This document shows, in pieces, positions 34,120-36,450 of a stretch of 36,450 nt of DNA. Both the position numbers and the translations under genes were made by a program. The stretch's first letter is position 1, and each line of letters opens with the position of its first letter. This DNA comes from Polymyxa betae A26-41. Lineage: Eukaryota > Protista > Endomyxa: Phytomyxea. Below the pieces are notes generated by a model that was not told the DNA's origin, searched no databases, and saw only the letters and a program-made list of their open reading frames with translations. The stretch covers positions 1 to 36,450 of the forward strand of contig RBZT01000682.1 in NCBI GenBank assembly GCA_003693705.1, in the 5' to 3' direction.

Positions 34120-34590
34120 CAGGGGTTGGAAGAAACAATTCCCTGTAAGGAATAATTCTAATTCCCGACTGAGAATTATTCAGTTTTCAGAAAAGTATGC
34201 ATGGAATAATTCAATCGGTGAATTGATGGAAATGAATAATTCCTGCAGGGAAAAGTTTTTCCTGGAATTATTCCCTATTGCTCGTCATCGTTTTCACTGG
34301 AGTGGAAGAGCTCTGCGTCCCACAGATGGCCTTTCATTTTGAGAAAAATCTGCATCTCGATATTCTCCTGCAGTAGGCTCTTGCGAGTCTCAGTCAAAGC
34401 GAACTTCGAAAAACTGAAAAATCGCTCGCACATATTGCTTGTAGGTCTAATCAATCTACAATCGATATCTTTTGAGGCTCGATCAACTCTCGCTTTCTTG
34501 ACTCTGCGCCAGATAGCTTCCATTGCGTCGACCTCGTCTTCGTTAAACGATCCATCACTGGCAGTATTACTTGATTCAGCTACTGAATTT
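34120..34590 (-). mobile_element. 3' end of a hAT-like element (C-terminal dimerisation region plus terminus)
   Basis: IRPTSNMCERFFSFSK..RKSL..EMQIFLK..LWD. Terminus CAGGGGTTGG at 34120 with GGAATAATTC subterminal repeats. Confidence 0.75.
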
Positions 34591-34693
34591 AAAGATATGG
34601 ATAGAGAAAATATTTATTGTATTAGGGAGTGTAATATTCAATGTTGATAATTAATTTATAATTAAATTTCACAATTTTTTCATACTTATAATA

Positions 34694-35398
34694 ATGAATA
34701 GAAATTTAAACGCAATACCCGTATTTATTAATTCGGCGGAACGTGAAAACGAAACAATTTCGGAGTTTGATATACAAATACCTTCAATCAACCAATCCAA
34801 CGATAATTATAAAATCCTTTTAAACAATTTTAGAATTACCAACGACTTCTATAATATTCATCATTATAATAATGTCATCCAGATAGGAACCACCCAATCA
34901 ATTACCATTCCACCAAATCATTACACATCAACCCAAATTACGGATTATATCAATACAAATAATTCACTGGGTATTACGTGCTCTTATGATACACAAAAAT
35001 ACTCTTTGAATTTCTATAATAACAGTGGAGCAACTTATGCTATAACCATCAATGAAAACCAGAAATTTTTAGGTCTTGAAGCGGGGGCATACGTTTTAAG
35101 AACAACAATGGCATCCAATAAAACGGCAGATTTTAATGGGACAAATTCGATAAAAATATTCATTGATATTCCCTTGATTTCATTGAATACTGCAAACACT
35201 AAAAATAATATTCTGGACGTAATTAACTTTGATAATGATTATGGCACCCAAATTATTTATGAAAACGATTATGACATTACAACAAGTACAAATAACATTA
35301 ATAGGATGAAATTGAGGTTATTAGACGAATTCAATAATCCGTTGCAGTGTAGAACAGACTGGAATGCTAAAATAATATTCTTTACGGGAGACGAATAA
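34694..35398 (+). CDS. Minor capsid protein (penton, single jelly-roll) of Polinton-like virus type
   Basis: Intact 234-aa beta-rich ORF with the pattern FINSAER..SEF, I.N.FYNI..NN, ITIPPNHY, FLGL, NNILDVI..G.QI.Y, INRMKLRLLDEFNNPL..DW, typical of PLV/virophage/NCLDV pentons. Confidence 0.8.
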   Translation: MNRNLNAIPVFINSAERENETISEFDIQIPSINQSNDNYKILLNNFRITNDFYNIHHYNNVIQIGTTQSITIPPNHYTSTQITDYINTNNSLGITCSYDTQKYSLNFYNNSGATYAITINENQKFLGLEAGAYVLRTTMASNKTADFNGTNSIKIFIDIPLISLNTANTKNNILDVINFDNDYGTQIIYENDYDITTSTNNINRMKLRLLDEFNNPLQCRTDWNAKIIFFTGDE

Positions 35399-35456
35399 AA
35401 AATAAATTAGTTTCATTTATTTACATATTTATTTAATTTGCTTCTTTATATTAATT

Positions 35457-36202
35457 ATGTCAAGCGATTTAAGGAATTACTCGCCATTAGGATTATCAGT
35501 TTTCAATAACGTTTATGATATTCAATTAAAAATGGAGCAGAATGAACCAAAGGAGGTTTCATTTCAGCACGAAGTACAAAAACAACCTTTACAATGGATT
35601 AAAGGAATATAAATAAATCATTATTAAAATTCAACGAACCAGCATTGACAGAATTACAAACGATGACTACGATGGAACAAGAAAATTCAAGAAGAAATGA
35701 CGGAACCCCTATTTATCTTGGATATAAGATTTTTGAAGCGTATAAAAATAATGGCAAAATACCAAAACAAATCAAGGATGCACCAATTACTACATTACAA
35801 ATTGAAAAACAAGTTAAACACAAAACCGAGCACCGAAAAATAGAAGTAAAGAAAGCACAAATACAAAATTCTAATTCTCAAACCGACCCACAAATTCAAT
35901 TAAATAAACCAGTAAAGAATTTATCAAGGAAGGAAATGGAAAAGGTAATAAAGGAAAATAATAATTCAGTCCCAGAACAGCAACCAAGATTAACAAGAAG
36001 ACAAGAAAAACAAAATGATAGATTGAATGAATTAACTGCTGGATTAATTCAATTTGATAATCCACCTAATTATGAAGCAAATGGTCTCGGTAGAGCAATG
36101 ACGAGGGACGAGCAACGAACGCATACAGAAAGAGTGAAACAGGGTTTATCCCCGAAAAGAAAAAGAGGACGAAAACCGCAACCAAGACAACCACTCGATT
36201 AA
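35457..36202 (+). pseudogene. Hypothetical basic viral protein, probably one gene split by a frameshift
   Basis: ORF 35457-35612 (MSSDLRNYSPLG..) is followed by ORF 35645-36202, whose frame is open from ~35600. K/Q/N-rich, ending PKRKRGRKPQPR. Confidence 0.5.
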
Positions 36203-36229
36203 AACTAAAAACTTGGTTTATAGTAATAA

Positions 36230-36450
36230 ATGCCAAGAAATAAACCAGTTGATTAACTATACGGAATTTATCCGTAAGGCAACCACAAATAATAATTCAT
36301 AAAAATCTCCCAGCAATCCCTTTTAGTATAATGTCAGTGGCAAAATCCGAAAGTGGTAAAACAAATTTTAATGTCAATATAATCCAAAAATGTGCCAAAA
36401 CATTTAAGGATAATGTTTATATTTTCGAGAAAACGCCCTGTTTAACTGTT
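36230..36450 (+). CDS. A32-like (FtsK/HerA superfamily) DNA packaging ATPase, 5' part, with an apparent 1-nt frameshift near the start
   Basis: MPRNKPVD / LTIRNLSVRQPQIIIHKNLPAIPFSIMSVAKSESGKTNFNVNIIQKCAKTFKDNVYIFEKTP. The LP..PF motif precedes Walker A (AxxxxGKT), followed by F...VYIF..T. Confidence 0.75.

Larger units (their letters stand above)
34590..36450 (+). mobile_element. Endogenous Polinton-like virus / virophage-type element (partial; runs off the window)
   Basis: Abrupt switch to AT-rich DNA. Closely packed, co-oriented, intronless ORFs include penton-like and A32 ATPase-like genes. Confidence 0.8.

Noticed and set aside
1-34590. Alternative genetic code or programmed frameshifting to explain in-frame stops
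   Set aside because: All three stop codons and many frameshifts and deletions occur, together with mutated catalytic motifs. This is ordinary pseudogene decay.

Overview
This is eukaryotic DNA, most likely from a protist or fungus-like microbe. The evidence is short GT..AG introns and eukaryote-specific transposon families; the species cannot be determined. I recognise no intact host housekeeping gene. The window is a dense mosaic of decayed, nested mobile elements: four Ty1/copia remnants plus a solo LTR, Ty3/gypsy pol, DIRS/Ngaro-type pieces, MULE, several hAT and PIF/Harbinger pieces, a Kolobok-like transposase and a pogo-like end. Two things stand out. (1) At ~1.95-4.94 kb, a piggyBac-like element carries YqaJ/lambda-exonuclease motifs directly upstream of the piggyBac 'KGGVD' catalytic motif and Cys-rich tail. 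It is split by a hAT MITE. (2) From ~34.6 kb to the window end, an abruptly AT-rich, intronless block encodes an intact minor capsid (penton)-like protein and the start of an A32-like packaging ATPase, i.e. an endogenous Polinton-like virus/virophage-type element. A block of unassigned ORFs lies at ~14-19.1 kb. All calls come from motif recognition by eye, and pseudogene boundaries are approximate.
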